Source: a virus (taxonomy: Duplodnaviria; Heunggongvirae; Uroviricota; Caudoviricetes). From it: a DNA stretch of 20,412 nucleotides. Below are positions 1-10,362 of this stretch, one piece after another. The position numbers and the translations under genes were made by a program. A model generated the notes under the pieces. That model saw only the letters and a program-made list of their open reading frames with translations, was not told the DNA's origin and did no database searches. Numbering within the stretch: position 1 is the first letter of the stretch; each line of letters begins with the position of its first letter. Location of the stretch: IMG/VR virus record IMGVR_UViG_2541047739_000001; one strand, written 5' to 3'.

Positions 1-183
1 GTCCGTAAACTCATAACGGTATTTCACGTTAATCCCGTTCAGATTATCGCTGCCGGGAGCGTTCGTACGGGCATGAAGATACCCCGCGCTCAGTGTGGAC
101 TGATGTTCAGACGCCCATGCAGGCGCACCGGATACGGACAGACAGATGGCTGCGGACAAAATGGCTGCACATAATTTACGCAT
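1..183 (-). CDS. lom: Lom-like outer membrane protein (Ail/Lom/PagC/OmpX family), 5' part only; runs off the window start
   Basis: Minus-strand ATG at 181-183 preceded by GAGAGG. Hand translation gives MRKLCAAILSAAICLSVSGAPAWASEHQSTLSAGYLHARTNAPGSDNLNGINVKYRYEFTD, a signal peptide followed by the GINVKYRYE motif as in lambda Lom (from memory). Position immediately downstream of J matches lambda. Confidence 0.8.
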   Translation of the reverse strand, partial: MRKLCAAILSAAICLSVSGAPAWASEHQSTLSAGYLHARTNAPGSDNLNGINVKYRYEFTD

Positions 184-206
184 AATTACCTCTCGCTTTT
201 CTGCAA

Positions 207-231
207 TAAAAAAGGCGCCATTTCTGGCGCC
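207..231 (-). terminator. Intrinsic terminator-like hairpin between J and lom
   Basis: Minus strand reads GGCGCC-AGAAAT-GGCGCC followed by TTTTTTT, about 20 nt after the J stop. Confidence 0.6.
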
Positions 232-250
232 CGTATTGGGGTTATAAAAT

Positions 251-3200
251 TCAGCTAATCGTGATGCCTGCAGTGGCTTTCTTCATCACAACAACCAGCA
301 AATCGCTGATACTTGCTGTGGGATACCAGCCATTTACCCACCATGCTGATACAGAAAACTCCAGCGTCATGTCGCCGCGACCAGCAGGCATATCAATAAC
401 ACCACTGTAAACCAGCGTATTATCCAGCGCGGTACGGTTATAAATTTCAGCACCGTTTTTCTTCACTATCAGGCGGCATGACGAATAAGTATCGCTGTTC
501 TCCCGCTCATGTCTGGCACCGCTGAAAGCCACCGCCGGAATAACAATCTGCCGGTTAAACGGCTGATCGTCATAAACCCTGACGGTAATGGTTCCTGATG
601 GCCAACGCTCCGGTGCACGGGAGTCACGGGGGAAAGCCTTACCCACTGTTTTAACGAGATCGCCTTCAATCTGGTTTGCAGACAGTTTCCCTCTGATGAC
701 ACAGTTCTTGTTAATGGTGACATTATTGAGCGTCCCGGAGTTCGCATTCACGTTACCGCTGATATCGGCATTTTTCGCCGTCAGCCGCCCGTCCGGTGTC
801 AGGGAAAATGCCGGAGGATTACCGCCGCTGGTAATGGTGGGAGCCGTCAGGTATTTCAGGAACACTTCGTTCATGAATATCTGATCGCCCTGACCAACAA
901 ACATCGGCTTTGTGTTGCCATTCGCAGGATTAATCATCGCAATCCGGTCAGCAGCCAGAAGCACCTGACTCTGCATACCTGCTGGCGTATTCTCAATACC
1001 GGCTCCGATACCCGCAATATAAAGGCGTCCGTCCTTCATCTGCTGCAGTTTCACGGCCCACATGCTGTTCAGGTTATTATTTGTATCAACCTGAACTTTC
1101 TGTATCTGCTGGATTGCCGCGCTCTGATTTTCCAGTTTTTTATTGACGGTCTGCGTGATTTCATTGCTGACATTCGTAATGGACGTCCTGATTTCAGCCA
1201 GATCAGGCGCAAGCTGACCGTTATCAATCTGCGTCCACAACTCCTGAGCCAGATGGGTTTTCCCTATCTCTCCTTTGAAAAAATCCAGATAGCCGGATGC
1301 ATCATCACTCGGCTGGCCAACAGCCTCCACAAATGCCGATTTGCCAACAGTATTCACACTGCGGATATAAAAATAATAATCATGGCCCGGTTTGATATTG
1401 ATACTGGCAGCTATCCAGTACAGCGCCGAGCCAAGATAGCGGGCTGCGGTTTCAACCTGCCTGATATCCGCAATCCGCTTTTCCGAGAACCAGAACTCAA
1501 ACTGTACAGTCGGATCATAAACCGCAAGATGCGGCGTGGCGGTTATCTGAAAATAGCCAGGCGTCAGCTCAATCCGCGATGGCGCTGCCGGTGCGGCAAT
1601 CCGGAACGATACCGATGCCGGATCGCCCTGCTGTCCCCACGCATTTACCGCCCGGACTGTCAGCCTGTAGTTCCCCAGAGCCAGTTGTGTGAAGCGGTAT
1701 GTGGTTTCCGTCGTCCTGGCCGTGCTGACCAGCCGCTCACTGCCATCGTCCGCTGCCACGGTCAGGCGAAGCAGGAAGCTCACGCCCTTCACCACCTTCG
1801 GCGTGTCCCAGCGCGCCAGCACCTGATATTCCCCGCTGTCTGCAGTGACTTCGGCGGTCAGATGCTGCACTGCTGGCGGCGTGACACCATTCACCGTGCC
1901 GCTCTGGTCACCGTCAAAGTGCGCCCCGTTATCCACGATGGCTTCTTTTTCCGGTACATGCTGCACGGCGGTGATGGCATACGTGCCGTCATCGTTCTCA
2001 CGGATACTCACGCAGCGGAACAGGCGCTGGCGCAGCGTCGGCAGCTTCAGCCCCCACACGCTGTATCCGGCAACGCCGTCAGGAACACGGCTCACTTTTA
2101 CCTTCACGCCGTCGGTGACGGACTGGACCTCCACGCTGACCGGATTACCACTTCCGTCAACCAGGCTTATCAGCGTGGTACCGGAGGATGGCAGCGTGAT
2201 TTCACGGTCGAGCGTCAGCGTCCGGGTCTGGCTGTTCACCGCCAGCACGCGCCCGCCGATGCTGATACCCGCATAGTCATCATCGCAGATTTCAATGACA
2301 TCCCCCGGTACATGGCGAAGCCCTTCTGCGCCCACGCTGAAGTCCACGGTCTGCGTTTCCAGCAGTTCTGTTTTAATCAGCCACAGCCCGGCGCGGTGTG
2401 CCTGCCCCCGGCTGGTACAGCCAAAAGCATCCATCTTCGTGACGTTACGACCGTAACGGGCAATGGCCCGCGTGTCCTCCACAAGCTCTGTCGCCGTCTC
2501 CCAGCCGTTATCCGGATCAATCCAGTTCACCTCAACGGCATTATGACGGTCCTTCAGGGCGCTGAAGCTGTAGCGGAACGGCGCGCCATCATCCGGCATC
2601 ACCACATTACTGCGGTTATAGGTCCACACCTTATCTGATGGTCGGTCCTGCACGAACGTAAGCGTCTGCCCGTTCCATACCGGCATACAGCGCATCGCCG
2701 AGCAGAAATCACTGAGCACATCCCACGCCTTACGCTGTGTGGTCAGGTACGCATTACAGGTGATGCGCGGCTCCGTACCGCCAAAACCGTCCGGCACCGA
2801 CTGGTCGCAATACTGGCCGATGACATACAGCGCCCATTTATCCACATCCGCCGCACCAAGACGTTTCCCCATGCCGTAGCGCGGGTGGGTCAGCATATCC
2901 CACAGACACCATGCCATGTTGTTGCTGTATGCTGGCTTAAACGTTCCGTCCCAGATACCGCTGTATTGCCGCGTCTGCGGGTTATAGTTCGACGGCACCT
3001 GCAGAATGCGCCCGCGAAGATGATAATTACGGCTCACCTGCTGGCTGCCGAACTGCTCCGAGTCCACCTGCACGCCGACCAGTGCCGTGTTCGGGTAGCA
3101 CTGTTTCACATCGATGATTTCGGTGTATGACGACCAGAGCGTTTTGTTCTGCAGCTGGTCTGTGGTGCTGTCCGGCGTCATCCTGCGCATCCGGATATTA

Positions 3201-3730
3201 AACGGGCGCGGCGGCAGGTTACCCACCACCACCGAGGCCAGATACTGTGAGGTGGTTTTGCCTTTAATGGTGATGTCTTTTTCCGTCACCCAGCCACCGT
3301 TACGTTGTATCTGAACCAGCAGGCGGACTTCCGACGGATTCCTGTCCCCCTTTGAGGTGGTTTCCACCAGTGCCTGCACGCCGAAGGTAAAACGCAGTCG
3401 GTCAATGTTTGCCGACGTGATGGCCCGGGTGATCGGCGTGTCATATTTCACTTCCGTACCCAGCACCGTCTCGGAGCCGGAGGATTCAAATCCCTCCGGC
3501 GGAGTCTGCTCCTGCTCACCTGCCCGGAACACCACCGTGACACCGGAGATGTTGGTATTCCCCTCAGTGTCCAGCACCGGCGTACTGTTCAGCAGCACGC
3601 TTTTTAATCCATCCACCGGACCTTCAATCGGCCCTTCACTGATGGCATCAATCACACTCAGCAACTGCGTAGATTTCAGGTTGTCCTTCGCTTCGCGCGG
3701 GGTATGCCCCTTACTGCTTCCTTTACCCAT
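251..3730 (-). CDS. J: Tail tip / central tail fiber host specificity protein J
   Basis: 1159 aa ORF with ATG start. N-terminus [58 protein letters not shown] and most of the length match lambda J as recalled; the C-terminal part diverges. Confidence 0.95.
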   Translation of the reverse strand: MGKGSSKGHTPREAKDNLKSTQLLSVIDAISEGPIEGPVDGLKSVLLNSTPVLDTEGNTNISGVTVVFRAGEQEQTPPEGFESSGSETVLGTEVKYDTPITRAITSANIDRLRFTFGVQALVETTSKGDRNPSEVRLLVQIQRNGGWVTEKDITIKGKTTSQYLASVVVGNLPPRPFNIRMRRMTPDSTTDQLQNKTLWSSYTEIIDVKQCYPNTALVGVQVDSEQFGSQQVSRNYHLRGRILQVPSNYNPQTRQYSGIWDGTFKPAYSNNMAWCLWDMLTHPRYGMGKRLGAADVDKWALYVIGQYCDQSVPDGFGGTEPRITCNAYLTTQRKAWDVLSDFCSAMRCMPVWNGQTLTFVQDRPSDKVWTYNRSNVVMPDDGAPFRYSFSALKDRHNAVEVNWIDPDNGWETATELVEDTRAIARYGRNVTKMDAFGCTSRGQAHRAGLWLIKTELLETQTVDFSVGAEGLRHVPGDVIEICDDDYAGISIGGRVLAVNSQTRTLTLDREITLPSSGTTLISLVDGSGNPVSVEVQSVTDGVKVKVSRVPDGVAGYSVWGLKLPTLRQRLFRCVSIRENDDGTYAITAVQHVPEKEAIVDNGAHFDGDQSGTVNGVTPPAVQHLTAEVTADSGEYQVLARWDTPKVVKGVSFLLRLTVAADDGSERLVSTARTTETTYRFTQLALGNYRLTVRAVNAWGQQGDPASVSFRIAAPAAPSRIELTPGYFQITATPHLAVYDPTVQFEFWFSEKRIADIRQVETAARYLGSALYWIAASINIKPGHDYYFYIRSVNTVGKSAFVEAVGQPSDDASGYLDFFKGEIGKTHLAQELWTQIDNGQLAPDLAEIRTSITNVSNEITQTVNKKLENQSAAIQQIQKVQVDTNNNLNSMWAVKLQQMKDGRLYIAGIGAGIENTPAGMQSQVLLAADRIAMINPANGNTKPMFVGQGDQIFMNEVFLKYLTAPTITSGGNPPAFSLTPDGRLTAKNADISGNVNANSGTLNNVTINKNCVIRGKLSANQIEGDLVKTVGKAFPRDSRAPERWPSGTITVRVYDDQPFNRQIVIPAVAFSGARHERENSDTYSSCRLIVKKNGAEIYNRTALDNTLVYSGVIDMPAGRGDMTLEFSVSAWWVNGWYPTASISDLLVVVMKKATAGITIS

Positions 3731-3752
3731 TCCTCACGCTCCATAAATGACA

Positions 3753-3772
3753 AAACCGCCTGCAGGCGGTTT
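3753..3772. other. Perfect palindrome / stem-loop in the I-J intergenic spacer
   Basis: AAACCGCC-TGCA-GGCGGTTT, with a U-rich run after it on the minus strand, then the J ribosome-binding site. Confidence 0.45.
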
Positions 3773-3790
3773 CACATAAAATATTTTGCA

Positions 3791-4462
3791 TCAGCGACCA
3801 ATCACCACAACCTGACCACCGTCCCCTTCGTCTGCCGTGCTGATCTCCTGAGAAACCACGCGTGACCCCACGCGCATTTCCCCGTACAGAACAGGCAGAA
3901 CATTGCCCTGGGCAACCATGTTATCCAGTGAGGAGAAATAGGTGTTCTGCTTACCGTTATCCGTTGTCTGTGTACGGGGAGTTCTGGCTTTCGGTGCCAG
4001 CATCTGCGCCACACCACCGAGCACCATACTGGCACCGAGAGAAAACAGGATGCCGGTCATACCACCGGCCCCAATGGCTGCCCCCCATGCTGCAAGGGTG
4101 GCTCCGGCAGTAAAGAATGATCCGGCAATGGCGGCAGCTCCCAGGACAATCTGGAATACGCCACCTGACTTGGCCCCGGCGACTCTGGGAACAATATGAA
4201 TCACAGCGCCATCAGGCAGAGTCTCATGTAACTGCGCCGTTAATCCGGACGTGCTGACATCCTGCCCGGCAATACGCACCTGATACCAGCCGTCGCTCAG
4301 TTTCTGACGAAACGCCGGGAGCTGTGTGGCCAGCGCCCGGATGGCTTCGGCCCCCGTTTTCACACGAAGGTCGATGCGGCGGCCAAATCGTTGCAAATCC
4401 CCGTAAAGGCAGATGCGTGCCATTCCCGGTGACGCCAGAGGGAGTGTGTGCGTCGCTGCCAT
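3791..4462 (-). CDS. I: Tail assembly protein I
   Basis: 223 aa, ATG start, MAATHTLPLASPGMARICLYGDLQRFGRRIDLRVKTGAEAIRALATQLPAFRQ is near-identical to lambda I as recalled. Its 5' end overlaps the 3' end of K by about 100 nt, as in lambda. Confidence 0.93.
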   Translation of the reverse strand: MAATHTLPLASPGMARICLYGDLQRFGRRIDLRVKTGAEAIRALATQLPAFRQKLSDGWYQVRIAGQDVSTSGLTAQLHETLPDGAVIHIVPRVAGAKSGGVFQIVLGAAAIAGSFFTAGATLAAWGAAIGAGGMTGILFSLGASMVLGGVAQMLAPKARTPRTQTTDNGKQNTYFSSLDNMVAQGNVLPVLYGEMRVGSRVVSQEISTADEGDGGQVVVIGR

Positions 4463-5103
4463 TTGTCGGTATACCTCTCTCGTTTGCTCAGTTGTTCAGG
4501 AATATGGTGCAGCAGCTCGCCATCACCACAGTAAATGGCGGCATGATTCGGCACCGATGAACCAAAACAGCACAGCAGCACATCGCCCGGTTGTGCTGAT
4601 GACAACGGCACCTGATACAGCCCCGTCGCCTCCAGATTATCCAGATAGAGATTCTGACCGTGACGCCACCAGTCATCCTCGCGATGAAAATCCGGCATCT
4701 CAATCCCCGCCAGATGATAAGCATCCCGGAACAGCGTGTAACAGTCCGTCACCCCGTGCTCAAAGCGCCGCCCGGTGAGATGCGGCACACAGCGGAACTT
4801 ATGAATCGTCCCCCGGCAGACCAGCCACCACGGCAAATCACTCTGCACCTGCAGCCGCCGGTCGGCCTCACTCAGCCAGGGCAGACCACCGGGGTGGCTG
4901 TGGACCAGCGCCACAATCTCACCCTGCATTTCTGCCTGCAGCCAGTCTTCCGGCGACATACGGAAATACGCCTCCGGCTCACCGGAGATATTCACGCAGG
5001 GAAAATATCTTTCCCCCTCCGGCGTTCTCACTACGAAGCCGCACGACTCCGCTGGCGCACATCGCCGGGCGTGCGCCAGAATCGCTGATTCTGTCTCTGT
5101 CAT
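4360..5103 (-). CDS. K: Tail tip assembly protein K (JAB/MPN plus NlpC/P60 domains)
   Basis: Homologous to lambda K (HSHPGG JAMM-like motif, NlpC/P60-like C-terminal half). I place the start at ATG 5101-5103 (MTETESAILAHARRCAPAE), 4 nt after the L stop. The supplied ORF extends further upstream, and lambda is classically annotated from the internal ATG near 4959 (MSPEDWLQAEMQGE). Confidence 0.85.
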   Translation of the reverse strand: MTETESAILAHARRCAPAESCGFVVRTPEGERYFPCVNISGEPEAYFRMSPEDWLQAEMQGEIVALVHSHPGGLPWLSEADRRLQVQSDLPWWLVCRGTIHKFRCVPHLTGRRFEHGVTDCYTLFRDAYHLAGIEMPDFHREDDWWRHGQNLYLDNLEATGLYQVPLSSAQPGDVLLCCFGSSVPNHAAIYCGDGELLHHIPEQLSKRERYTDKWQRRTHSLWRHREWHASAFTGICNDLAAASTFV

Positions 5104-5107
5104 GGGA

Positions 5108-5806
5108 TTACTGCGAAAGTTTGTTAATAGAAAGGAAGCCGCCAAAGTTGCCGACATTATTGCGAAACTTACAACCACTCAGGCATTTGCTGCATTTATC
5201 CTTCGTGATATCGGACGTCGGCTGGTCATATTCATCCGCGACCGCCGGACCGCTATAACCGCACTCATCGCCGCGATAGGTCCAGGTGCAGGTGTTGGCC
5301 AGCATGATACGTCCCGGAAAAACAGCGCCATCCGTTTCAGTCGGCGTGGACAGTACAAAGGAGGCACTCACCGCGCTCAGTTCGCTGCACTGCTCGATGC
5401 GCCAGCGGCTGATCACCTCCTGCTCCGGATCGGCGTCACTGTTTCCGTTGACGAAGTTCACCGCATCCAGAAAACGGGCGTAAACCTTACGCCGGACCAC
5501 CGTTCCGCCGACCAGACTCTGCAGATCTTCCGCCATCCCGGTGACCATGCCGTACAGGTTAGAAACCGTCAGCGTGGGGCGCGTACTGGTGCCTTTGCCA
5601 TTCAGTTCGAAACCACTCCCCTGAATGGGATATGCCTGATACTGTCGCCCCTGCCAGGTGACCGGCTCACCTTTTTCGTTCTGCTCATTACAGAAAAAAT
5701 AACGTTCTCCACCAACCTCTGTCAGATCGATTTCCCAGAGCACCACGCTGGCAGACTGCTCCGCACGGGTGCATTCATTCAGTGTTTCCTGTCGGATATC
5801 CTGCAT
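5108..5806 (-). CDS. L: Tail tip protein L
   Basis: 232 aa, ATG start overlapping the M stop (ATGA). Sequence matches lambda L as recalled, including the C-terminal Cys cluster CSKCLSGC. Confidence 0.93.
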   Translation of the reverse strand: MQDIRQETLNECTRAEQSASVVLWEIDLTEVGGERYFFCNEQNEKGEPVTWQGRQYQAYPIQGSGFELNGKGTSTRPTLTVSNLYGMVTGMAEDLQSLVGGTVVRRKVYARFLDAVNFVNGNSDADPEQEVISRWRIEQCSELSAVSASFVLSTPTETDGAVFPGRIMLANTCTWTYRGDECGYSGPAVADEYDQPTSDITKDKCSKCLSGCKFRNNVGNFGGFLSINKLSQ

Positions 5807-6135
5807 CAGTTCACCACCTGCTTAAACTCCGCGCTGAACTCAACGCGCAACATACTGACCCGCGACGACCATTTTGCGCAGGTCACCTTTATCTGCCGGT
5901 AGCCATAAGGCGGCGTCCACAGAAAGGCCTTCCAGCCCCCGTGCTCAGCCAGAAACGACTCCAGCGCCGTGGCCTCCCAACGGGGAACAGAAAGCGTCAC
6001 GCTGTACGTTTTCAGGTCAGTGTTCAGCCCGGCAGGCGCTCGCTGGGAATAGCCATCACCAAAGCGCACCTTTCTTACGGAAGGGGCCGAAGCCACATCC
6101 ATACCGGGTTTCACTTTCCAGCGGAAGGTTTTCAT
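5806..6135 (-). CDS. M: Tail tip protein M
   Basis: 109 aa, MKTFRWKVKPGMDVASAPSVRKVRFGDGYSQRAPAGLN matches lambda M as recalled. ATGA overlap with the H stop. Confidence 0.93.
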   Translation of the reverse strand: MKTFRWKVKPGMDVASAPSVRKVRFGDGYSQRAPAGLNTDLKTYSVTLSVPRWEATALESFLAEHGGWKAFLWTPPYGYRQIKVTCAKWSSRVSMLRVEFSAEFKQVVN

Positions 6136-8738
6136 CGTCCACCTCCGGAGAACAGACCACCATCGCGCATCTGTGCCTGGATTTCATCACGGGCACCCTT
6201 GCGGGCCATGTCATACACCGCTTTCATCAGCTGCGGCCCGGCCTGTCCGTTGATACCGTCGTTCTGAATCACCACGTGATTTTTCTGATTAAAATTAATG
6301 CCTTCGGCCCGCCGCATCTGCGCCGGACTTCCGGCAGCACCCACATACCCCCCTTCCGCATAGCCCCGCATCAGGCGGTACAGGTTCCCGACACCAATCC
6401 GGCTGGTTGCCTCCTTCGTGAAGACAAATTCACCACGGTGAACAATCCCCGCTGGCTCATATTTGCCGCCGGTTCCCGTAAATCCTCCGGTCGCAAAATG
6501 GAAGTTCGCCGCCGCAGCCTGAATGGCTGTACCGCCTGACGCGGATGCGCCACCACCAACAGCCCCGCCAATGGCGCTGCCGATACTTCCGACAATCCCC
6601 ACCATTGCCTGCTTCAGAAAAATCTCTGTCAGCATGGAGAGCACGGAACGGGTGAAACCACGCCAGTTCTGCTCACTGCCGGTCAGCATCGCCGCCATAT
6701 TCTGTGCAATACCGTCAAAGGTCTGCGTGGCCGCGTTTTTAACCTGCGAAAAACTGTCCGTCGCACTTTCCGCCCACTCGCCCCAGCCGGACTTCATCCC
6801 GGCCATCCAGCTTCCACGAAGCTGCTCCTCCGCAGACCAGGTGTTCTTCAGTGCAGATGTGGCCTTCGCCAGCGCAGCCGGATTATCACCGTACACCTCA
6901 CGAAGGCGCTGCTCTTCCGACTCCCGCTGCGCCTGACGGTCGGTGAGTCCGCGGGCTTTTGCGCTGATTGCCGCCTGCTTCGCGCTCTGCTGCTGTTCAA
7001 ACCGCGCCGCCTGCTGTGCCAGCTCATTCAGCCGCTTCTGGTGTTCAATCTTGTCGCCCAGCTCAGCCAGCTGGCGTTTGTACTCCAGCGTCTCTTTCTC
7101 ATGAGCCAGCAGGGATTTTTCCTGCTCAGATAACTGCCGTTTCGTGGCGGCCTCTTTCAGGACCACATACTGATTTTCCGCTTCCCATAAATCCCGGCGC
7201 TGCTGGCTGATTTTCTCATTCACACCGCTGTGTTTTTCCAGCGTCCTGAGCTCGGTTTCAAGCGCCAGCATGGCTGCATGCGCCCGGTCTTCCTGGCGCT
7301 CACCGGCAGACACCTTCACACCTGACGGCTTTTTCAGCGTCGATTCATAATCCTTTTTTGCCGACGCCATCAGCGTGTTGTAATCCGCCTGCAGGATTTT
7401 TCCGTCTTTCAGGGCCTTATTCAGCTCTTTCTGACGGGCGGTATATTTATCCAGCGGCGTCTGCAGGCGCTCATACGCCTTCTGCGCCTCTCCGGTATAC
7501 TTCAGCTGTGACGCCTCACGCTCAGCCCGGTCCCTTGCCGCCAGTTCACCGGCTTTTTCCATATCCGACTGCAGCGTGGCCGCTGCCAGACCCAGACGGG
7601 CATTTTCCCGGTCATCCCATGCCCCCTGAAGGTTCGCACGAAAAGAGGAGGTCTTTCCCCGGCGCTGGCTCCGGCTCTGGTACCACTGCCATTTTTTATC
7701 CGCCTCATCAAATGCCTTCTGCGCACTGGCGAGCATATCCGCTGAGGATTCCGGACGACCGATATCCAGAATGGCATCCCACATCGATTTGAATGCCTTC
7801 CCTGTTTTATCCGCCCAGGTCTCCAGTGTTCCCATGTTTTCTTTCAGGCGACGGGTCTGCTCATCAAAGCCTTTCGTGGCGATATCGTTCGCCGCCTGCA
7901 ATGCCCCGGCCTCGTCTCCGGAACGCTGCAGCTGTGCAACATACGCAATCTGCTCTGCCGTCACGTTACGGAACTGGCGCGCCATCGCCATCAGTCCCGA
8001 CGTCGGGTCAGTGGTCAGCTTCCCGAAGGCTTCAGCGACTTTATCCACCTCCACACCGGATGCAGACGCAAAACGCGCGACACTCTGGTTGATGGCATCA
8101 AACTGTTCACCACCACGCACACCGGCATTCACCAGGGCTGCCAGTGACTCTCTCGCCTGGTTAAACGTCAGCCCTGCTGCCTGCCCGGCTCTTGAGAGAG
8201 TCAGCATACGATCGGCAGTCAGTCCGGACTGATTACCGGAAAGAACCAGGGTTTTATTAAACGCTGAAAGCGTGGAATCTCCCTGGTACCAGGCGTACAC
8301 CAGCGCACCTGTCGCCACCGCCAGCGAGGTGACCCCGACCATCGGCAGGGTGATCGCACCGGCAAGCCCCCGGAACATGGGGATCATCCCGCCGAAGGAG
8401 TCCTTCACCTGACCGCCCTGTTGCAGCAGGATGAGCCAGGGATTCTGACCACCGGCAAGCTGCGTGGCGATATCCGTAAACTGTGCGGGCAGGGTTCGCA
8501 TGGCCGCTTTATACTGCCCGACGGAAATCCCGGCTTTTTGTGCAGCCAGCGCCTGGCGGCTCAGGCCCTGCTCAACAGCAGCGGCCTGTTTCTTAAAAGA
8601 CTGGCTGACACGCCCGGCCATCAAATCCGCAAGGTCACTGGTTTCACCCAGTTCTTTCTTTACCCGTGCAGCCTCTTCAGAAAAACGGGTTGAATCCAGT
8701 GTAAGAACAGCTGTCAGATCGGCAAAATTACCCGCCAT
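6132..8738 (-). CDS. H: Tail tape measure protein H
   Basis: Long ORF rich in A/Q/E/K coiled-coil sequence with a Gly-rich C-terminal region, matching lambda H as recalled. The supplied start at 8747 is a GTG sitting inside the Shine-Dalgarno AGGAGGTG; I take ATG 8736-8738 (MAGNFADL...) as the start. Confidence 0.92.
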   Translation of the reverse strand: MAGNFADLTAVLTLDSTRFSEEAARVKKELGETSDLADLMAGRVSQSFKKQAAAVEQGLSRQALAAQKAGISVGQYKAAMRTLPAQFTDIATQLAGGQNPWLILLQQGGQVKDSFGGMIPMFRGLAGAITLPMVGVTSLAVATGALVYAWYQGDSTLSAFNKTLVLSGNQSGLTADRMLTLSRAGQAAGLTFNQARESLAALVNAGVRGGEQFDAINQSVARFASASGVEVDKVAEAFGKLTTDPTSGLMAMARQFRNVTAEQIAYVAQLQRSGDEAGALQAANDIATKGFDEQTRRLKENMGTLETWADKTGKAFKSMWDAILDIGRPESSADMLASAQKAFDEADKKWQWYQSRSQRRGKTSSFRANLQGAWDDRENARLGLAAATLQSDMEKAGELAARDRAEREASQLKYTGEAQKAYERLQTPLDKYTARQKELNKALKDGKILQADYNTLMASAKKDYESTLKKPSGVKVSAGERQEDRAHAAMLALETELRTLEKHSGVNEKISQQRRDLWEAENQYVVLKEAATKRQLSEQEKSLLAHEKETLEYKRQLAELGDKIEHQKRLNELAQQAARFEQQQSAKQAAISAKARGLTDRQAQRESEEQRLREVYGDNPAALAKATSALKNTWSAEEQLRGSWMAGMKSGWGEWAESATDSFSQVKNAATQTFDGIAQNMAAMLTGSEQNWRGFTRSVLSMLTEIFLKQAMVGIVGSIGSAIGGAVGGGASASGGTAIQAAAANFHFATGGFTGTGGKYEPAGIVHRGEFVFTKEATSRIGVGNLYRLMRGYAEGGYVGAAGSPAQMRRAEGINFNQKNHVVIQNDGINGQAGPQLMKAVYDMARKGARDEIQAQMRDGGLFSGGGR

Positions 8739-9590
8739 AGCGTACACCTCCTGGAATTCCCTCAGACACCATCATCAGCATGGCTTCATCCTCTGTACTG
8801 CTCCGCATGTCATCACTGACCATAACGATTTCCTTCCCGTCAGCCCCAAAGCGGACACCACCAGAAAGACCTGCCGCTTTCCGCATCAGCATATCGTCCT
8901 CATCCGGCATCTCCGTCTGCTCATCATCACGTCGGGGTGCCAGCAGACTGAAATCAGAGGGATGCATATCCGGATCGCAAAAAAACAGGCTGAGTACAGC
9001 GTACGTCAGCCCGGAAAAATGCATATCCAGCTGGGTATCCTGAAAATAATGCGTGCGGTAAAAACGGTGCCAGTCGGCATATTCGGTGGATGTCATCCCG
9101 GCAAGCATGGCGCGCCAGTCGGGTCTCCCCATCTCACGCGCCAGTCTGAGGGCAAAGTTCAGCTCACCGTCGAAGACTTTCCCGCAGAAAAATCATCATC
9201 AGTCAGCGTGTTATTTTTCGCCACTTCAGTAATATCAGTATCCGGACGAACAGCTTCGATCATCCCGGACAGGCACAACACCACGTCTTCCGCCCGGGCA
9301 ATGGCATCGGCAGGCCAGGTGGTGAGCACTTCCTGCTCTATCTTCATCACGGCCTCATTCATTGACGGTGACTGCGTTTTCTGTGGATGGTTATGCCACA
9401 GGGACATCGCCACCAGAAACGCGCCGGTTCTGACAAGATCTTCCACACTCACCTGCAGGTTGCCGGTGGCTTCAGCCTCTTCTGCCCGCCGTTTCAGGAG
9501 GGCAAGATGCTCAATACGCTGCAGCGCAGACAGCTCAGAAAGCGTGACGGATACACCGTTATATTCAAATTGTTCTGTTTTCAGGAACAT
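8728..9590 (-). CDS. T: G-T tail assembly chaperone fusion, made by -1 programmed ribosomal frameshift
   Basis: Slippery heptamer G GGA AAG (minus strand, + coordinates 9177-9183) in the G frame. The -1 frame is open from there and reads ...AGK/VFDGELNFALRLAREMGRPDWRAMLAGMTSTEYADWHRFY, matching lambda G-T as recalled. Confidence 0.88.
9159..9590 (-). CDS. G: Tail assembly chaperone G
   Basis: 143 aa, MFLKTEQFEYNGVSVTLSELSALQRIEHLALLKR matches lambda G as recalled; ends ...SAGKSSTVS with the slippery site near the 3' end. Confidence 0.92.
   Translation of the reverse strand: MFLKTEQFEYNGVSVTLSELSALQRIEHLALLKRRAEEAEATGNLQVSVEDLVRTGAFLVAMSLWHNHPQKTQSPSMNEAVMKIEQEVLTTWPADAIARAEDVVLCLSGMIEAVRPDTDITEVAKNNTLTDDDFSAGKSSTVS
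9177..9183 (-). other. -1 frameshift slippery site GGGAAAG for G-T
   Basis: Heptamer read directly on the minus strand (gcGGGAAAGtct) in the G reading frame, 18 nt upstream of the G stop. Confidence 0.85.
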
Positions 9591-9608
9591 CGCTTATCTC
9601 TCAGCTCT

Positions 9609-10355
9609 TTAGCCACCCGGCACATTATTAACGGTAATTTCAGCCACCGCAGCAAACTGACCATTACCGGAAATCACAGGGATGCTGACTTTTCCATCCT
9701 TAACCCCCGTCACAGTAATCGTCATATCTTTCACGCTAATGGTGGCTTTCGATGGATCGGCGGAAATCGCCCTGAATGTCTTATCCGTTGCATTTTCCGG
9801 TTCCACAGTAACGGTCAGGGTGGTTGTTTTCCCTTTTTCAACCGTACCTGTCGGCGTTACCTTAATCGCAGTGACCGGCGTAATTTTGCTGCGTTCTTCC
9901 GCTACAGAAGGTTTACCCACGTTAGTGACTTTCACCGTGCGGGTGATCACTTCTTTCGCCGTCACGGCCTTACCGATACTGCTGACCCAGCCACGAAACA
10001 CATCCACCGTGCCATTCGGAAAACGGATTTTATAGGCCCGGACATCGCCGCTTTCAAACCAGCCTATAAGCCCTTTCTGACCTTCCTCTCCCGGTTTCCA
10101 GGCCAGCGTAAAACTGGTATCACCTGCAGATTTCTGTCCCTGCCCGGTCGCGGTCCAGTCCGCGTCTTCATCATCCAGGTAGTTATCATCGTAGGGTTCA
10201 GCCGTCATCTCGCCCGGCGTCAGATCCTTCACCTTAGCCAGTCGCTGCCAGTCATCGTCTGACAACGGGTTTGCATAAGCATCAGCCTTGCCGTTGTAAA
10301 CCCACAGAGTGGTACCGGCACCTTTTACCGGCTCCAGGGGATTTGGTGTTGCCAT
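9609..10355 (-). CDS. V: Major tail tube protein V with C-terminal Ig-like domain
   Basis: 248 aa, ATG start with GAGGA upstream. [14 protein letters not shown]...[18 protein letters not shown] and [37 protein letters not shown] match lambda V as recalled. Confidence 0.93.
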   Translation of the reverse strand: MATPNPLEPVKGAGTTLWVYNGKADAYANPLSDDDWQRLAKVKDLTPGEMTAEPYDDNYLDDEDADWTATGQGQKSAGDTSFTLAWKPGEEGQKGLIGWFESGDVRAYKIRFPNGTVDVFRGWVSSIGKAVTAKEVITRTVKVTNVGKPSVAEERSKITPVTAIKVTPTGTVEKGKTTTLTVTVEPENATDKTFRAISADPSKATISVKDMTITVTGVKDGKVSIPVISGNGQFAAVAEITVNNVPGG

Positions 10356-10362
10356 ATCGTCC

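Noticed and set aside
1253-2638. 461 aa + strand ORF (and the 143 aa ORF at 1845-2276) lying antisense inside J
   Set aside because: Fully embedded antisense in a well-supported, conserved J gene. Arg/Pro/His-rich composition is typical of GC-rich antisense frames, and there is no ribosome-binding site or domain signature.
5102-5902. 266 aa + strand ORF antisense to L
   Set aside because: Embedded in conserved L on the opposite strand; likely spurious.
8728-9132. T listed as an independent 134 aa ORF with its own start
   Set aside because: The frame is reached by the -1 frameshift from G at 9177-9183; the leading Met of the track ORF is not needed and it is annotated as the G-T fusion instead.
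8464-9612. 382 aa + strand ORF across G, T and the start of H
   Set aside because: Antisense to three conserved tail genes, low-complexity Ser/Ala/Arg-rich translation; a chance open frame in GC-rich DNA.
9387-10262. 291 aa + strand ORF antisense to V
   Set aside because: Overlaps the conserved major tail gene on the opposite strand; no independent support.
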